Positions 37,979 to 49,600 of a stretch of DNA of 64,000 nucleotides are shown here, in pieces. The position numbers and the translations under genes are program-made. Source of the stretch: Polyangiaceae bacterium (GTDB lineage: Bacteria; Myxococcota_A; Polyangia; Polyangiales; Polyangiaceae); NCBI GenBank assembly GCA_044376115.1, contig JBILLK010000008.1:96001-160000 (forward strand), in the 5' to 3' direction. Each line of letters opens with the position of its first letter. Position 1 is the stretch's first letter. Under the pieces are notes generated by a model, which saw only the letters and a program-made list of their open reading frames with translations, searched no databases and was not told the DNA's origin.

Positions 37979-39373
37979 TCAGGAGTGCAGCGCAGCCTCG
38001 AGCTCGGCCACCGTCTTGGGGCAGCCGTGCGTCATCACCTCGGGCTCACCGCTGGTGCACAGCACGTCATCCTCGATGCGAATCCCGCGCACGTCATCGT
38101 AGTGCGCGAGTACGTCGAGGTTGAGGTCCTCCCCCAAGGGGCCGGTGAGCGCAGGGTCATGGAGGATGCCGGGTACTTGATAGAAGCCCGGCTCGATCGT
38201 GACGGCCATTCCGGGCGCTAGATCGCGGTCGAGCCGCAAGTAGCGGTCACCGAAGGCTTTGCTGCGGACGCGGCCCTCGGCGTAACCGGCGAAGTCACCG
38301 AAGTCCTCCATGTCGTGCACGTCGAGCCCGAGCAAATGTCCAACGCCGTGCGGAAAGAACAGGCTCGCGGCGCCGCGCTCGAGCAGGCCGTCCACGCTGC
38401 CGCGGAAGATGCCGAGCGCGACCAGGCCCTCGACCAATGCGCGTTTGGCTTCTTCATGTACGGCGCGATAACTGACGCCCGGGCGCACCTTGGCGATGGC
38501 GCGCTGATTGGCGCTTAGTACGACCTCGTAGATCGCCCGCTGGGTCTTGGAGAAGCGGCCGGAGATGGGCCAGGTACGCGTGATGTCGCTGGCCCAACCT
38601 TCCGGAGTTTCCCCGCCCATATCGCAAAGGAACAGGTCGCCCGGGCGCACCGTGTTGTCACTTGCGCGGCTATGCAGGACCTCGCCGCGAACGGTCGCGA
38701 TGGGGCCATAGGCGTATTGCATTCCGTGACGGCGGAGCACGTGGGAGATGGCCGCTTCGATCTCCGACTCACGTTCGGCCGCGCGGGTTGCGCGCATGCC
38801 CTCGAGGTGCGCCTGCGAGCTCACCACCGCCGCGGCTCGCAGTTGATCTTGCGCCGCTTCATCGTGAATCAGCCGGGCCTCGAACATGGCTTTGCGCGCC
38901 GCTGCATCGCGCGCATCGAGCTCACCGGCTGGCGAGTTGGGCGCGATCGGGCGGCCGGCCACACGCGCGAGCAGCTCTCGCGTCGCACCGTCCTGCGGCG
39001 GCAGAACGCCCAGCCGATCCCGCAGCGGCTCGAGACGCTGGGCGAGCTGCCCGACGTCACAAACCTCATCCACGCCCTCCGACTCTGCGACCTGCGCGAG
39101 CTCCGGCCGCGGGCCGTGCCAAAGCGCATCATCGCGATCCGGCGCCTCAGCGAAGAGCGTGGTTTTACCGCCGTCGAGCAGGAGAAAGTTGTTCTCCCGC
39201 GCCGTCGCCAAATAGAGAAAGTGGCTGGAGGCACGAAAGGGATGGTGGTTCGCCGGGTAGTTGCGGGAGAGCGGTAAACCCGCGGCGACCAGCACAGCGG
39301 TGGAGCCTGCGGCCTTTGCAACCTGCTGCCGACGTGAGCGAAAGCTCGAGCGAGTGGTGACGGGGAAAAACAC
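37979..39373 (-). CDS. pepP: Xaa-Pro aminopeptidase (M24B)
   Basis: D.G......ASDITRTWP, HGVGH.LGLDVHD, TIEPG.Y, GIRIEDDV. Confidence 0.9.
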   Translation of the reverse strand: MFFPVTTRSSFRSRRQQVAKAAGSTAVLVAAGLPLSRNYPANHHPFRASSHFLYLATARENNFLLLDGGKTTLFAEAPDRDDALWHGPRPELAQVAESEGVDEVCDVGQLAQRLEPLRDRLGVLPPQDGATRELLARVAGRPIAPNSPAGELDARDAAARKAMFEARLIHDEAAQDQLRAAAVVSSQAHLEGMRATRAAERESEIEAAISHVLRRHGMQYAYGPIATVRGEVLHSRASDNTVRPGDLFLCDMGGETPEGWASDITRTWPISGRFSKTQRAIYEVVLSANQRAIAKVRPGVSYRAVHEEAKRALVEGLVALGIFRGSVDGLLERGAASLFFPHGVGHLLGLDVHDMEDFGDFAGYAEGRVRSKAFGDRYLRLDRDLAPGMAVTIEPGFYQVPGILHDPALTGPLGEDLNLDVLAHYDDVRGIRIEDDVLCTSGEPEVMTHGCPKTVAELEAALHS

Positions 39374-39404
39374 GGGCGCAGCATACAGCGTGTAGACTCG
39401 CGCC

Positions 39405-39983
39405 GTGACAGCACGCGCTCAAAAACCTTCGCTGCGGATCGCACGGAGCTCCGACGCGCCCGCCTACGCCAGCCATCTCGCGCGACATCTCGCGGCCTCG
39501 GGAAAAGAGGGTGAACTTCACTACGCGCCGGTGGAAGGCATTTCACGAAGTGAGCTGCTGGATCGAGCGGAGAAGCGCTGGGCAACGCCACTCAGCGAGC
39601 TCGGTTGGGGGCGCAGTTTCCTGCTCTTCGCTGAGGAGGCTGCGCCGCCGCCAGCGCCAGCCGAGCAGGTGGTTGGGCATGTGGATGTGCGCGGCAGTGA
39701 GCTGAAGGCGAGCGCCCATCGCGCGTCCTATTCGATTGGCCTCGACCGCGAGCAGCGGGGTAAAGGGCTGGGGGAGGCGCTGACGGTGCTAGCGCTCGAT
39801 TGGCTGCGCATCGAGACCGCGATCGAATACGTCGATCTAGGCGTTTTTACCCACAACCCGGCAGCGCGCGCGCTTTACCGCAAGCTCGGCTTTCGAGAGA
39901 CGGGGCTGACCGAAGATGCCTTCCGTTTGAGCGATGGAACCCGCATCGACGACGTGAGCATGAGCTTGCGCATTCAGCGCTAA
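39405..39983 (+). CDS. GNAT N-acetyltransferase
   Basis: RGKGLG, N..ARALYRKLGF motifs. Confidence 0.88.
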   Translation: MTARAQKPSLRIARSSDAPAYASHLARHLAASGKEGELHYAPVEGISRSELLDRAEKRWATPLSELGWGRSFLLFAEEAAPPPAPAEQVVGHVDVRGSELKASAHRASYSIGLDREQRGKGLGEALTVLALDWLRIETAIEYVDLGVFTHNPAARALYRKLGFRETGLTEDAFRLSDGTRIDDVSMSLRIQR

Positions 39984-40026
39984 GCGAAGGCTCGACGTAG
40001 CGGTGGCACGGTTGTAGAGCTGGGCT

Positions 40027-41853
40027 GTGGCCTTGCGCGATTTATCGCCCGGAACCGTCATTCAACGCACCTGGTGCATTGATGCGCGTTTGGGCGGAGG
40101 CGGTATGGGCTCGGTCTTCGCGTGTACCCAGCTGCAAACGCGCGAGCGAGTAGCGCTCAAGATTTTGCACCGGCACATTGCCGAGGACGAGCGGTTGCGG
40201 GCTCGCTTCATCACCGAGGGTCGTGCGCAGAACCGCGTTCAACACCGAGGCGTCGTGCGTGCCCTGGCCGAGGGCGAACACGAGGGCGCGCCCTTTTTGG
40301 TGATGGAGCTTGCGCACGGTCAGAGCCTGAAGGCCCTAGCCGCGTCGCAGGATGGGCGCTTGTCTATGGAGCAGCTCGCCCCGGTGATAACGCAGCTGCT
40401 CGACGTGCTGGCGGCAGTGCATGACGCCAACATCGTCCATCGCGACATCAAGCCGGACAACCTTGTAGTCGCGCCGGATGGCAGCCTGAAGCTCGTTGAT
40501 TTCGGCATCGCGCGGATCGAGGAAGAGTCGGGCAACACAACCACCGGGAGCACCTTGGGAACGCCCGCCTTCATGGCGCCCGAGCAGGTGCTGGGGCGGC
40601 AAGGTCGAGTGGATCGGCGCGCCGATTTGTACGCGGTGGGCGCAGTGATTCATCGGCTGTTGAGCGGCTTCAACCTGCACCATCCAGCGAGCGGCGCCGA
40701 GCTGCTGATCGCCATGGGCACGCAACAAGCGCCGTCGATCGCCAGCACGGTTCCTGGGCTCGCACCGGCGATCGTACGCGTGGTGGATCGCGCGCTCTCC
40801 TTCGATCGTGAGGCTCGCTTCAGCGACGCAAGCTCGATGCGCGCGGCGTGGCTGGCTGCGTTGAATGCTCCGGCAGAAGGTCATGCGCTGACCGCGATCG
40901 TGGAGCAAACCGGGCCGTTGATCGTGTCGAAGACCGTCGCTATGCAGGCGGTCGAGACGAAGCCGAAGCTCACGGCGACCTTGCCCCAATCCGCGCAAGC
41001 GCCGGTCGCAGCGCCCTCGCGACCACCGCCTGCGGTGGGGCGCCCTACGTCGGTGCATCCGCCTGCTGAGCGGCCTCCTGTCGTGCATCCGGCGTCGACC
41101 CAGCCGCTGCAACCTCTGCTTGCGCCGCAAGCTCCTGCAGCCAAGGCTTGGCGCTGGCCCTGGCCGCAACAATGGACGGCGCCGATGTTGATCATCGGGA
41201 TGCTGGCTGCACCCGCCTTGGGAGCCGGCGCCTATCACCTTTGGCAGATGCGCCGGATGTCCCTCGTGACCAAACAGGTACCGATCCGAGAGCAGAAGCT
41301 CAGCAGGCTGAAGCCATTGGTGCGTGAAGAGGCGGACGGGCTGCGCATCGAGATGGTCGCGCTGACGACCTATGGCGCTAGTGGGGTTGGCCAAGACGCC
41401 AACGGGCACGGCATCAACTTCGCCTGCAACTACTCCTTGGAAGAGTGCTCGCGGGTGGATAGCGGAGAGCAATCGCCGCTATCGCGAGACAAGACCTTCA
41501 GGGTCGAGGACGTTCCGTGGGACAACCTCCCCGACTACATGGCGGACGCTGAGCGGCGTTTCGCCAAGGAAAAAGGCTTCTCCGGCGCAGCGGAGTCGGC
41601 TGCATTCCAGCGGCTGTTTGGCGTCCTCGGCTGGTCGGTCGTGGTGAAGGGCAAAGGGGAGCTCGCCAGCTATTGCTACGACACCGAGGCGGACAGTTTC
41701 GGCTGCACGCCGCAGCTTGACGTGCCGCCAGCGCAACTTCCACCGCAGGTGGAACCAATGCCTGCTCCACCGCCCACTCCCACCGGCGAAGCAGTCAAAC
41801 GGCCGTTTGGACCGAGAGGCAAAAAGACACGAACCGAGTTTGGTTCCTTCTAA
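40027..41853 (+). CDS. Membrane-anchored Ser/Thr protein kinase
   Basis: LGGGGMG.V, VALK, HRDIKPDN, DFG, APE; Pro-rich linker and TM helix. Confidence 0.93.
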   Translation: MALRDLSPGTVIQRTWCIDARLGGGGMGSVFACTQLQTRERVALKILHRHIAEDERLRARFITEGRAQNRVQHRGVVRALAEGEHEGAPFLVMELAHGQSLKALAASQDGRLSMEQLAPVITQLLDVLAAVHDANIVHRDIKPDNLVVAPDGSLKLVDFGIARIEEESGNTTTGSTLGTPAFMAPEQVLGRQGRVDRRADLYAVGAVIHRLLSGFNLHHPASGAELLIAMGTQQAPSIASTVPGLAPAIVRVVDRALSFDREARFSDASSMRAAWLAALNAPAEGHALTAIVEQTGPLIVSKTVAMQAVETKPKLTATLPQSAQAPVAAPSRPPPAVGRPTSVHPPAERPPVVHPASTQPLQPLLAPQAPAAKAWRWPWPQQWTAPMLIIGMLAAPALGAGAYHLWQMRRMSLVTKQVPIREQKLSRLKPLVREEADGLRIEMVALTTYGASGVGQDANGHGINFACNYSLEECSRVDSGEQSPLSRDKTFRVEDVPWDNLPDYMADAERRFAKEKGFSGAAESAAFQRLFGVLGWSVVVKGKGELASYCYDTEADSFGCTPQLDVPPAQLPPQVEPMPAPPPTPTGEAVKRPFGPRGKKTRTEFGSF

Positions 41854-42387
41854 CTAAATCCCCAGCCGCTCACGTGCGCTCTTAACGCCCAAAAGCTCCT
41901 TGCCGAACGGCAAGCGAATCGGCCCGAGCAGCGCGCGCGCGAAGAGCGCGGCGGCGAACAGCCCTGCGTTCAAGTCCGCGTACTCGCTGATTTGCACCAA
42001 GCTGCAGCAGCGCTTCACTAGCGCATCCATCCCCTGCCCGCCCATCGCCTCAGCCGAGCGCAGACCTCCTGCGACCAACGTGGGCGCACGTTCGGCGGGA
42101 AAGGTCCGCACCATAGCTGCGCCCTGCCCAGCCGTGCCGCTCCACGCGAAGCGCGCGAGATCCGCCAAGGGTACGGCGCCGCTGGGGTAATGCTTCTCGG
42201 GGCTGACGCTGAGGCTCGCGCCCCAAAGGCGCGCAGCGTTCAGCAGGTCGAAGGAATGCAGGCGAACCGGCGCAGTGGGAATGAACACCAGGATGGCCTG
42301 GTCCAAGCCGAGCGGCGTGCACTGGCCTTGCAGCCAGCCGCGCTCGTCGTAGCTCAGCGGCTCTGCAGCGGTCATGGACGGCAGCAT
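41854..42387 (-). CDS. Hypothetical protein
   Basis: 177-aa ORF filling the gap. Confidence 0.5.
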   Translation of the reverse strand: MLPSMTAAEPLSYDERGWLQGQCTPLGLDQAILVFIPTAPVRLHSFDLLNAARLWGASLSVSPEKHYPSGAVPLADLARFAWSGTAGQGAAMVRTFPAERAPTLVAGGLRSAEAMGGQGMDALVKRCCSLVQISEYADLNAGLFAAALFARALLGPIRLPFGKELLGVKSARERLGI

Positions 42388-42448
42388 AGGGCCGGCCCAA
42401 GACTTCTGCGAGACACGCGAGCAATACCCTGTAAACGGTCCAGCCGAC

Positions 42449-43393
42449 CTAGACCTGGATCAACTTGCTAAGCGTCTCGCGGAGCACCTCCCGAAGCCAG
42501 CGATGGGCGCGGTCTTGCTGTCGCGCTGCGTGCCAGGTCATCCGTAGGCGAAGGGGAGGCAGACCCAGCGCTGGTGGCAGAGGTTGACTTCGCAACGCGT
42601 GGCGAGAGCAAAGCCACGCAGCGGCCGGAGCTGGGACGGTAATGATGGTCTTTCCGGCCGCGAGAATCTCGGGGACTGCAGCAAGGTAGCTAAGCTGGAC
42701 CTTCACCACCCGTGAGAGACCACGCTGCGCAAGTAGCTCATCCAACGCGCTCGGCGTATTCGTAGAGCCATGCGGCACGAGCTGAAGGTGCGTTGATTGA
42801 AGCCAGCGTGCTTCAGTCATGATTGGCCGCTTCCAAGCTGGATGGCCGGGCCCAAGGACCACGCGCCATTGGACGTCGCCTGGGATCATGCTGGTACAAA
42901 GCGCGGGGTGTTCCAGCGGTGGTGCACCAACCACGACGTCAACGCTGCCGTCGAGCAGATCCCGCAGCGCTTGTCGCTCACTTCCGAACAGCGCAAGCCG
43001 CACTCCGGGAGCGGCCTCGAGCTTCGGAAAGAGGACCGGAATCAATCCGACTCCGACGATATCGGGAACGACAATAGCGAACTGCACGGCATCTCGTCGG
43101 GGATCAAAGTCACCGACGCTGCCGAGTCGTTCAATCGACAGAAGCAGCTGCTCGAGCGGTTCAACCAACGCTTGCGCCAACGGGGATAGCGCCATCCCCG
43201 CGCCGACGCGCACGAGCAGCGGATCGGCAAACGCAGAGCGAAGCGTCTTCAAGATCCTGCTCACGGCGGGTTGGCTAGAGCCAAGTCGCATAGCCGCTCG
43301 GGTCACGCTGCGCTCTCGTAATAGCCAATGCAGACTGACCAACAGGTTTAGGTCGATGCCTGCGAGCGGCGCAATTGAGCTTGTACGGGCCAC
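42449..43393 (-). CDS. LysR-family transcriptional regulator
   Basis: DLNLL...SVTRAA.RLG.SQPAVS..L..LR..F.DPL HTH. Confidence 0.92.
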   Translation of the reverse strand: MARTSSIAPLAGIDLNLLVSLHWLLRERSVTRAAMRLGSSQPAVSRILKTLRSAFADPLLVRVGAGMALSPLAQALVEPLEQLLLSIERLGSVGDFDPRRDAVQFAIVVPDIVGVGLIPVLFPKLEAAPGVRLALFGSERQALRDLLDGSVDVVVGAPPLEHPALCTSMIPGDVQWRVVLGPGHPAWKRPIMTEARWLQSTHLQLVPHGSTNTPSALDELLAQRGLSRVVKVQLSYLAAVPEILAAGKTIITVPAPAAAWLCSRHALRSQPLPPALGLPPLRLRMTWHAARQQDRAHRWLREVLRETLSKLIQV

Positions 43394-43523
43394 GACCTAC
43401 CATAATAAAATCGGATGCCGTCATACTCCCTATGTCATGGCTGATATGAACAGCGCTCGCTAGGGTCACTCCTCGAAGGCGGTGGTCTCACCCATCCAAC
43501 GCCACAACGCTCAAGGAGTCCCA

Positions 43524-44147
43524 ATGAACACACGCAAGAATGCCACCCTCGCTCGTTTCGTCAGTGCCATCGTCCTCGCTGCCATCGGCTGCGGTGACTC
43601 CGAGAGCACGGGCGGATCAGGTGGCGCTGGAGGGGCTGGCGGAACGGGAGGCGCAACCGAAAGCGGAGGCGGAGGCGCAGGCGGCTCGGTCGCCGCAGCC
43701 ATTCCGGAGGACGCGGGCTTCACCATCGACAACACGCTTGAGACGGCTGCGCCCGTGGAGATGGGCGGTACGGGAGGGCAGGAACTGCCCATTGAAGTAG
43801 TTCTTGGTGCCCCCAAGGGATCCCTGACCGGCACAGGCACCGTCTCCTACGCGGACGTCGAATTGACGAACTACCTAATGCTGTGGGACGTGGACTTCTC
43901 AGCGAACAGCATAACCTTCACGAGTACGGTGGATTGTGACGCCCCACCATTCCCTGGATTTTGCCGCATTCTGGAGCCGGGCACGTTCGACCGGTACTAC
44001 CTCTCGTTCGAGCCGGCACTCTCGTTTGCAACCATCACCACGTCTGACCCGAGCATCGTGGCAGAGGTTCGAGGGGAAGCGCTCGTGATTGAGATCGGGC
44101 CTGGGCGGGACACCAGCGCGGCGGGTTTCACCGTTCAATTTGAGTAG
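43524..44147 (+). CDS. Lipoprotein with Gly-rich linker
   Basis: AIGC lipobox, GGSGGAGG linker, AAGGAG RBS; divergent from LysR gene. Confidence 0.75.
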   Translation: MNTRKNATLARFVSAIVLAAIGCGDSESTGGSGGAGGAGGTGGATESGGGGAGGSVAAAIPEDAGFTIDNTLETAAPVEMGGTGGQELPIEVVLGAPKGSLTGTGTVSYADVELTNYLMLWDVDFSANSITFTSTVDCDAPPFPGFCRILEPGTFDRYYLSFEPALSFATITTSDPSIVAEVRGEALVIEIGPGRDTSAAGFTVQFE

Positions 44148-44266
44148 CATCAGCCGACCAACCCCAGGCATCGGCGGCAGAGCAAGGTCGGCCCAATCTT
44201 CCGCGAGACAAGCGACGCAACGTCAGTTGGGCCGCCGAGCCTGCGGCCTGCTAAGGTCCCGCCGCT

Positions 44267-46663
44267 TTGCGGTCTAAAGTCCTCCTCACGTACGCGCTCT
44301 TCCTCGTCTCTGGCGCCACCGGCCTGCTCTATGAAGTGGCCTTTTCCAAGGTGTTGGCGACGATCTTTGGGGCAACGGCCTATGCCATCAGCACCGTGCT
44401 CAGCGCCTTCATGGCGGGCCTTGCGCTGGGGGCGTTCTTTGGCGGCAAGGTCGCCTACAAGCTGACGCGGCCGTTGGTCGGCTACGGCGTCGCAGAGATC
44501 CTCGTGGGCGTGCTGGCGTTCCTGACGCCTCACATGTTTGACGCGCTCGAGGCCGTGTACGTGTCGCTGGCCTCCGGCTCGCTCGTGACCACCACCATCG
44601 TACGCGGCGTGCTCACCTTCACGGTGATCTTGGTGCCCACCACCTGCATGGGCGCGACGCTCCCCATCCTTTCGCGCACCGCGAGCACCCACGGTAGCAA
44701 CGTGCTGCCGCGGCTTTACGCCATCAACACCTTGGGCGGCGCGGCAGGCTCGCTGCTCTCTGCGTACGTCGTTCTGCCGTGGCTCGGTATCACCGGAACC
44801 ATGCACGCTACCGCGCTGATCAACGTGCTGATCGGTCTGACGGCGATCGTGAGCGGTCGAAATACCGTTTTGCCGAAGGAGAGCGAGTCGGTCAACGTCG
44901 ACGAGACGAAGCTCTCCGAAGGCAACAAGCGGTCGGAGGCACCGAGCGCGCGTCCGCTCGGCGCAGCGATGTTCCTGTTCGCGTTTGCGTCCGGCTACTT
45001 GGTATTCGCCACCGAGGTGGTGGAGACGCATCTGCTCTCGCTTCTCATTGGTAATAGCGCCTACGCCTTCGGCTTGATGCTCGCGGTGTTCCTCCTGTGT
45101 TTGGGCTTTGGCGCTGCGCGCGCGACCAAGCTGGTGCAACAGCGGGAAGGCTCGCCGGATGTGACCTCGGCGGGTTTGCCGCGCGGGTTGGGGCTCGCTG
45201 CCTTGCTGTTGGCGTTGACCATCCCGATGTGGGACCAACTTCCGCATCTCTTCACCGCCGCCGGCAAGCTCACCGACAGCTGGGCGCTGCGCGAGCTGTG
45301 CCGCGGCTTTGCTGCCTTCACCATCTTGGTGCTGCCCACCATCTTCATGGGCACGACCTTCCCTCTCTTGCTCTCGAGCGTGGCCAAGCGCAAGACGGTG
45401 GCCAACGATGTTGCGCGCCTCACCATCGCCAACACAGCCGGCACCATCCTCGGCTCGATCATCACCGGCTACGTGATCCTCCCGCTGCTCGGCTCGCAGC
45501 GCAGCCTGCAGCTCACCGCCGTCGTTTTTGCGGTGCTCGGCGCGGTCGCGCTGCTGGCTCCCGATTCGCTCGGAGGCTCGAGCAAGAACCCAGCGCCCAA
45601 GCGGCTGACGATGATCATCACCGGGGCGGCCATCGCCATCACGCTCTTCCTACCGCCGTGGAACCTCGCGCGCTTGACCAACGGCGCCAACGTCTACTTC
45701 GCCCATGGGCCGCCGCCCGACGAGATCCTGTTCGTGCGCGAAGACGTGCACGGCGGCGTGACCACGGTCACCAAGCGCGCCGATATCGTGACCATGTACA
45801 CGAACGGCAAGTTCCAAGGGGACAACGGCCCGGAGATGGCTGCGCAAAGGCATTTTGCGCACTTCCCGGCGCTCTTCCTGAAGCAAGAGAAGCGCGCGCT
45901 GGTGATCGGCCTGGGCACCGGGGTCACGCTCGGTACCGTCGCCGCCTACCCCTTCGAGCAGATCGACGTCGCCGAGATCAGCCCCGCGATCGTCGAGGCC
46001 GCCGGGATGTTCTACGCCGGGCCTGCGCGCAACGGCCTGCAAGACAAGCGCGTGCGTTTGGCGATGAATGACGGCCGTAACGTGCTCTTGGTCGAACCCA
46101 ACAAGTACGACCTGATCACCATCGAGCTCACCAGCGTGTGGTTCGCCGGCGCCTCAAACCTTTATTCGGTCGAGTTCTACGAGCTATGCAAGTCACGCCT
46201 GGCCGAGCACGGGGTGCTGCAACAGTGGGTGCAACTGCACCACATCCGTCCGCGTGAGCTCGCCACCATCGTGCGTACGCTGCGCAAGTCCTTCAAGCAC
46301 GTGGCGCTGTTCGAGGGTGGCTCCCAAGGCATCCTCGTCGCTAGTGAATCCCCGCTCGAGGCCTCCTCGGCTCGCTTGGACCGGCTCGACCAAATCCCGG
46401 CCATCCACGAGACGATGGACCAGCGCAAGCTCGGGACGCTGCTCGACGAGCTGCTGCTCTCCGACGCCGAGTTGGACCGCTTCGTGAGCGAGATCGCCCG
46501 CGACAACGGCGGAGACATCCTCTCCACCGACGACAACTTGTTCCTCGAGTACGCGACGCCCAAAGGCAACGTGCTCAGCTACGAAGAGTCGCTCAAAAGC
46601 ACGTTGGCGCTGCTCGAAAGCTACCGCACGCCCAACGTGCGTGAGCGTCACCTCATCCCCTAA
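44267..46663 (+). CDS. Fused MFS-like membrane domain/spermidine synthase-like protein
   Basis: SG.TGL.YEV, LYAINTLG, LVIGLGTG.T, DGRN motifs. Confidence 0.88.
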   Translation: MRSKVLLTYALFLVSGATGLLYEVAFSKVLATIFGATAYAISTVLSAFMAGLALGAFFGGKVAYKLTRPLVGYGVAEILVGVLAFLTPHMFDALEAVYVSLASGSLVTTTIVRGVLTFTVILVPTTCMGATLPILSRTASTHGSNVLPRLYAINTLGGAAGSLLSAYVVLPWLGITGTMHATALINVLIGLTAIVSGRNTVLPKESESVNVDETKLSEGNKRSEAPSARPLGAAMFLFAFASGYLVFATEVVETHLLSLLIGNSAYAFGLMLAVFLLCLGFGAARATKLVQQREGSPDVTSAGLPRGLGLAALLLALTIPMWDQLPHLFTAAGKLTDSWALRELCRGFAAFTILVLPTIFMGTTFPLLLSSVAKRKTVANDVARLTIANTAGTILGSIITGYVILPLLGSQRSLQLTAVVFAVLGAVALLAPDSLGGSSKNPAPKRLTMIITGAAIAITLFLPPWNLARLTNGANVYFAHGPPPDEILFVREDVHGGVTTVTKRADIVTMYTNGKFQGDNGPEMAAQRHFAHFPALFLKQEKRALVIGLGTGVTLGTVAAYPFEQIDVAEISPAIVEAAGMFYAGPARNGLQDKRVRLAMNDGRNVLLVEPNKYDLITIELTSVWFAGASNLYSVEFYELCKSRLAEHGVLQQWVQLHHIRPRELATIVRTLRKSFKHVALFEGGSQGILVASESPLEASSARLDRLDQIPAIHETMDQRKLGTLLDELLLSDAELDRFVSEIARDNGGDILSTDDNLFLEYATPKGNVLSYEESLKSTLALLESYRTPNVRERHLIP

Positions 46664-46671
46664 GCGCCCGC

Positions 46672-49600
46672 TTAGTCGAGCTGCAGCGCGGTGCTTCGCT
46701 CGGCGCGTTTGAGCGTAACCGTACGTGACTGACCACGTTCGCTGAGGGCGACGGTTACTGGCTGCTCGGCGCTGCCACCGACCAAGACCAAGCGCAAGCT
46801 ACGAGCGTTCGGCGAAGAGAGGCCGTCGCGGGTGGGCAATACGTCGCTTACCACTCGGCCCAAGGTATCGACGAAGATCGCCGTGGGGCATTGAGCTTTT
46901 GCGGCGCTGCATTCGAGCTTGAGCGTCAGGTCCTCGGCCGGCGCTTCGTAGCCGAGCGGCTGCCAGCTTTCGATCGCCTGCACCAGCTTGCTCACGCGAC
47001 TGCGCGCTCGCAGGCTCTCCGCCTCGGCGAGGACCTGCGTCCGCTCGCCGCCTACCCGAGCACGGCAACGTAGTGATTGCACCAACACGGCGTCATCATG
47101 CGGGCGGAGCTCGTTCGCCGAACGCCAATGCGAGCAAGCCCGTGCATCGTCCCCGGCGGCCTCGAGCGCCCGCGCCACACGAAGCTGCGTCGCAAAGGAA
47201 CTTGGGTCGAGCTCGCTCAGCTCTTCGAGTCGAAGCAACGACGCCTCGCGATGGCCCGACGCCAGCTCGGTCTCCGCTAAGAGTTCGTGTGCCTCGCTTG
47301 AACTCGGATCGAGTTCGACGAAGAGCAGAGCCGCCTCGCGAGCCGCGGCGAACTGACCGTGTGCGAGCCGAGAGCGGATCAACGCCCGATGCACCGAGCG
47401 CTTTTCGCTGCTCTTTTCGGCCTCGCGCTCGATCGCCTCGAGCTCCGCGTCCTTCACCATCCAGGCGTCGTTGCCGCTGCTGAAGCTGCGGCTCGAGAAG
47501 CCGGACACCATGCCGAAGGACACCGTTCCACCGAACTCCGGAGGCGTGAAGGAGATCGGGTAGGTTACCGTGACCTCGCCCGCCTCGGGGTCCGGAAAGC
47601 GCAGACTCGCAAACCTGCGCGCTACGCAGGCGCCCAACGACTTACTGTTGGCGGTGTTCGAAAGCACGGTCGCGGGGGTGGCTGTGCCGTCGGGCCGAAT
47701 CATGAAGCGCACCGTCACGACGCCGTTGAGGTCGGGGCGCGCTCGAAGCTCATTTTCGTAACACATGCGAAAGGAGCCAAAATTTTGCCGAACGATACGC
47801 CGCACAATGTCCTTGGGCAGACCGCCCACGACCGACGCTCCAACGTCTCGGATCCGCGGCACAGGGCTCTTGTGATTACCGCCTAAACGGCCTGCCCCCG
47901 AGCCAACCCCAAGCGGATCCGCCCAGGGGTTAGCGCCTTCTGCGAGGGCGCCTACGCCGGCTCCCTGGCCCACGCCGTCGGGCTCGAGCCCACGCGTGCG
48001 CGGAATCCCAAAGGCCGAGAACATCGCGTCGTTCTCGAGCACCAACATCGAGGTGTAACGCGAGAGCACGAAGCTCTGCTGCGACAGCTCGCGGATCGCC
48101 TGCTGCTTTGCTTCGCCCTGCAGTTCGAGCGCGGCGATGCGCGCTTGAGCGAGCTGCCGCGCCACCATTCCCGACCGCGCACTCACTGGCGTAAGCGGCT
48201 CACTGAGCGCGAACTCGGCATCGCCCATACGCCCAACGATGCTGAGCAGCGCGCCCGGCTCAGCGCGGCCTTCGGTGAAGATCGCGAGCGATTCACCCAG
48301 CCGCACCGCTGTCGGTAGCGGCGCCGCAAGTTCAACGCCCGGCGGCAGTACCAGCTCGAGATCGTGCACGAGCGGCGCTCGCATGATCGCCACGAGCTCA
48401 TCCGAGCCTTCTTCAAGCGCCGGCACCACGCTTCCCGAGCCGGCCTCGGCGATCGCTTGCAACATCGGCCGGTCGACGTTGTCTCCCAGCGGTACCAGGC
48501 GAAAGTCCGTCGTCGCTTGCAGCGCGCGCTCCACGCGAAGTCCGAGCGTCCGCGCAGAGAGCGCTCCCGCTGAAGGCACGCCATCGCCGATCATCACCAC
48601 CCGCCGCGAGCTGCTTCGCTGCAAACGAGCCGCCGCCGTCTCGAGCGAAGCGGCGATATCGCTGGCCCCCTCCGGCTTACGTTGCGCGAGCCACGCGAGC
48701 GCACGGTCGACTTCGGCAGCGCCGCCTGCGGCCAGGCCCTGCGCTGGAAACGACTCACAGCGACTGTCACAAGCGAGCAGGACGAAGGACTCATCGCGAT
48801 CGAGGCCGGCGAGCCAAAGCTTCGCCTGCTGCTGCACCTGAGCGAAGGATGCGGCCGTTTGACTGGCGCTTTTGTCGATCACCAGCGCCAGATCGCCCTG
48901 CACCGGTGGCGGCAAAGCGTCGCTCGCGTCGCTCGTCAGCGTGGCCCGGATCAGACCTGCGGCTCCGCTCACGCCTTCTTCGGCTCGCGGCTCGAGTAAC
49001 TGCGTAAAGCCCGTCCGAGCTTGCTCATCGCCGCAAGCACCACCGCGCGCATAGTCCACCCGCAAGCTCTCACTCGGCGAGTTCACCGTCTGCTCGAGCA
49101 GCAGCGTCGTGCCGGCGGCGTCTTGCGAAAGCTGGGGACTCAGGCTCAGCGGCTTCACGTCGCAAGCGCCCTCCAGGCGAACGCGCAGCGACATCAGCCC
49201 GAGCGGCGTCGACTTGGAGAACGGGTATTCGTAGTGACCGCGGCCGTTCACCTCCGGCAACACCGAGTCGAAGGCCAGCCGCACCTTGCGCTTGCTACGC
49301 GCCGGGATCGGAAAGATCGAGAGCGAGATCAGCTGGCCGTTCTTCAGCTCGAGCAGCGCTGGATCACGCGGGCGTACGGTGTCATCGACGATGCCGGTGA
49401 AGATGGCTTTGGCCCGCTTTTTTTCGACCATTTCGGCGCGCACCGGCTCATCGCCCACCCAAAGCACGAGCTCCGATACGGTCGCGCCCTGCGGGATCGG
49501 AAAGGTCAACGTGCCCTCCAACGTCTGATCGGTGGTGTTCTCAAACACCTCCTCGACGACTGTGCGCGCGAGCCCGTGCTCGAGGTGCGCCTCGACCGAA